Origin: an uncultured Gammaproteobacteria bacterium
GTDB lineage: Bacteria > Patescibacteriota > Patescibacteriia > Veblenbacterales > UBA10138
Length of the DNA stretch: 63,998 bases
Direction of reading: 5' to 3'
NCBI GenBank assembly: GCA_964348825.1
Contig: CAYGDX010000005.1
Coordinates: forward strand, 1-63,998
A program made the position numbers and the translations under genes. Each line of letters opens with the position of its first letter. The stretch's first letter is position 1. Shown here one piece after another: positions 63,882 through 63,998 of the stretch. The notes under the pieces were generated by a model. The model saw only the letters and a list, made by a program, of their open reading frames with translations. It was not told where the DNA came from and did not search any database.

Positions 63882-63979
63882 ATGCATCTGACCACAAAGA
63901 ACTACAAGATTTAGCGGATTATCTTGTTGATTTGGTCAGAATTACTACAGCGAGACACATTCAAAAGGAAAGCGCATGA
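63869..63979 (+). CDS. 36-aa protein, paralog of 60884..60991; crosses the circular junction
   Basis: Hand-translated MYEIDASDHKELQDLADYLVDLVRITTARHIQKESA. Confidence 0.45.
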   Translation: MYEIDASDHKELQDLADYLVDLVRITTARHIQKESA

Positions 63980-63998
63980 GAATTTTTCACATAAAAAA
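63944..63998. repeat. Terminal direct repeat, copy 2
   Basis: Identical to bases 1-55. Confidence 0.95.

Noticed and set aside
1-63998. tRNA, rRNA, reverse transcriptase (retron/DGR), TnpB/IscB or transposase genes
   Set aside because: No T-loop/acceptor-like sequences were spotted in the gaps, and no protein carries RT (YxDD) or RuvC-TnpB motifs. The visual scan is not exhaustive; tRNAscan or Infernal would be decisive.

Overview
The first 55 bases are identical to the last 55 (1-55 = 63944-63998). The window is therefore one complete circular molecule of about 63.94 kb with an assembly overlap. All calls come from reading the translated ORFs and the DNA by eye; no database search was run, so family names are motif-level recognitions.

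The content is a temperate tailed phage of a Gram-positive, probably spore-forming, host.
- Lysogeny switch: CI-like XRE repressor plus ImmA/IrrE peptidase, divergent from a Cro-like XRE gene (62.7-63.9 kb).
- Long plus-strand early arm (0.4-22.5 kb): Rha regulator, 3D-domain protein, C5 DNA methyltransferase, Spo0A C-terminal-domain-only protein, PP-loop/PAPS-reductase-like protein, CCA-adding-enzyme-like nucleotidyltransferase.
- Recombination block in the same arm: Rad50/SbcC-like ATPase, RecT, MBL nuclease, SSB, HNH.
- Replication block in the same arm: its own RHH/XRE switch, a lambda-O-like initiator with five in-gene iterons, a second C5 methyltransferase broken at a G6 tract, and a G39P-like loader.
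- Rest of the early arm: RuvC, MazG, a standalone RNA polymerase alpha-CTD-like protein, an ArpU-like late regulator and a 539-aa unknown protein.
- Minus-strand operon of about 11 tiny genes ending in a short XerC/D-like tyrosine recombinase (23.0-26.8 kb).
- Late arm (27.3-51.8 kb): HNH, TerS, a 2.5-kb inserted island, TerL, a Com-like zinc finger, portal, scaffold, capsid, tail proteins, tail fibre, a promoter-bearing secreted moron and a 1698-aa virion protein. No tail tube, sheath or tape-measure layout was seen, so the virion is podovirus-like.
- Lysis cassette: ComEA-like protein, holin, amidase.

The most unusual part lies between the lysis genes and the lysogeny switch (54.2-62.7 kb). 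This block looks like an integrative mobilizable or conjugative element rather than a phage.
- Plus-strand arm: two MobC-type RHH proteins, a DnaD/RepA_N-like initiator and YopX.
- Minus-strand operon: FtsK/SpoIIIE ATPase, replication-relaxation protein, small membrane proteins, a membrane-anchored M23 peptidase and a surface-anchored protein.
- A large serine recombinase sits next to it.

Other second-look items:
- repeat-bounded cassettes between terS and terL;
- a conserved intergenic hairpin family in the minus operon;
- terminator-containing leaders in front of the late operon and the lysis operon;
- a pair of diverged 35-aa paralogs flanking the recombinase/immunity region in inverted orientation.

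No tRNA, rRNA, CRISPR array or reverse transcriptase was seen.
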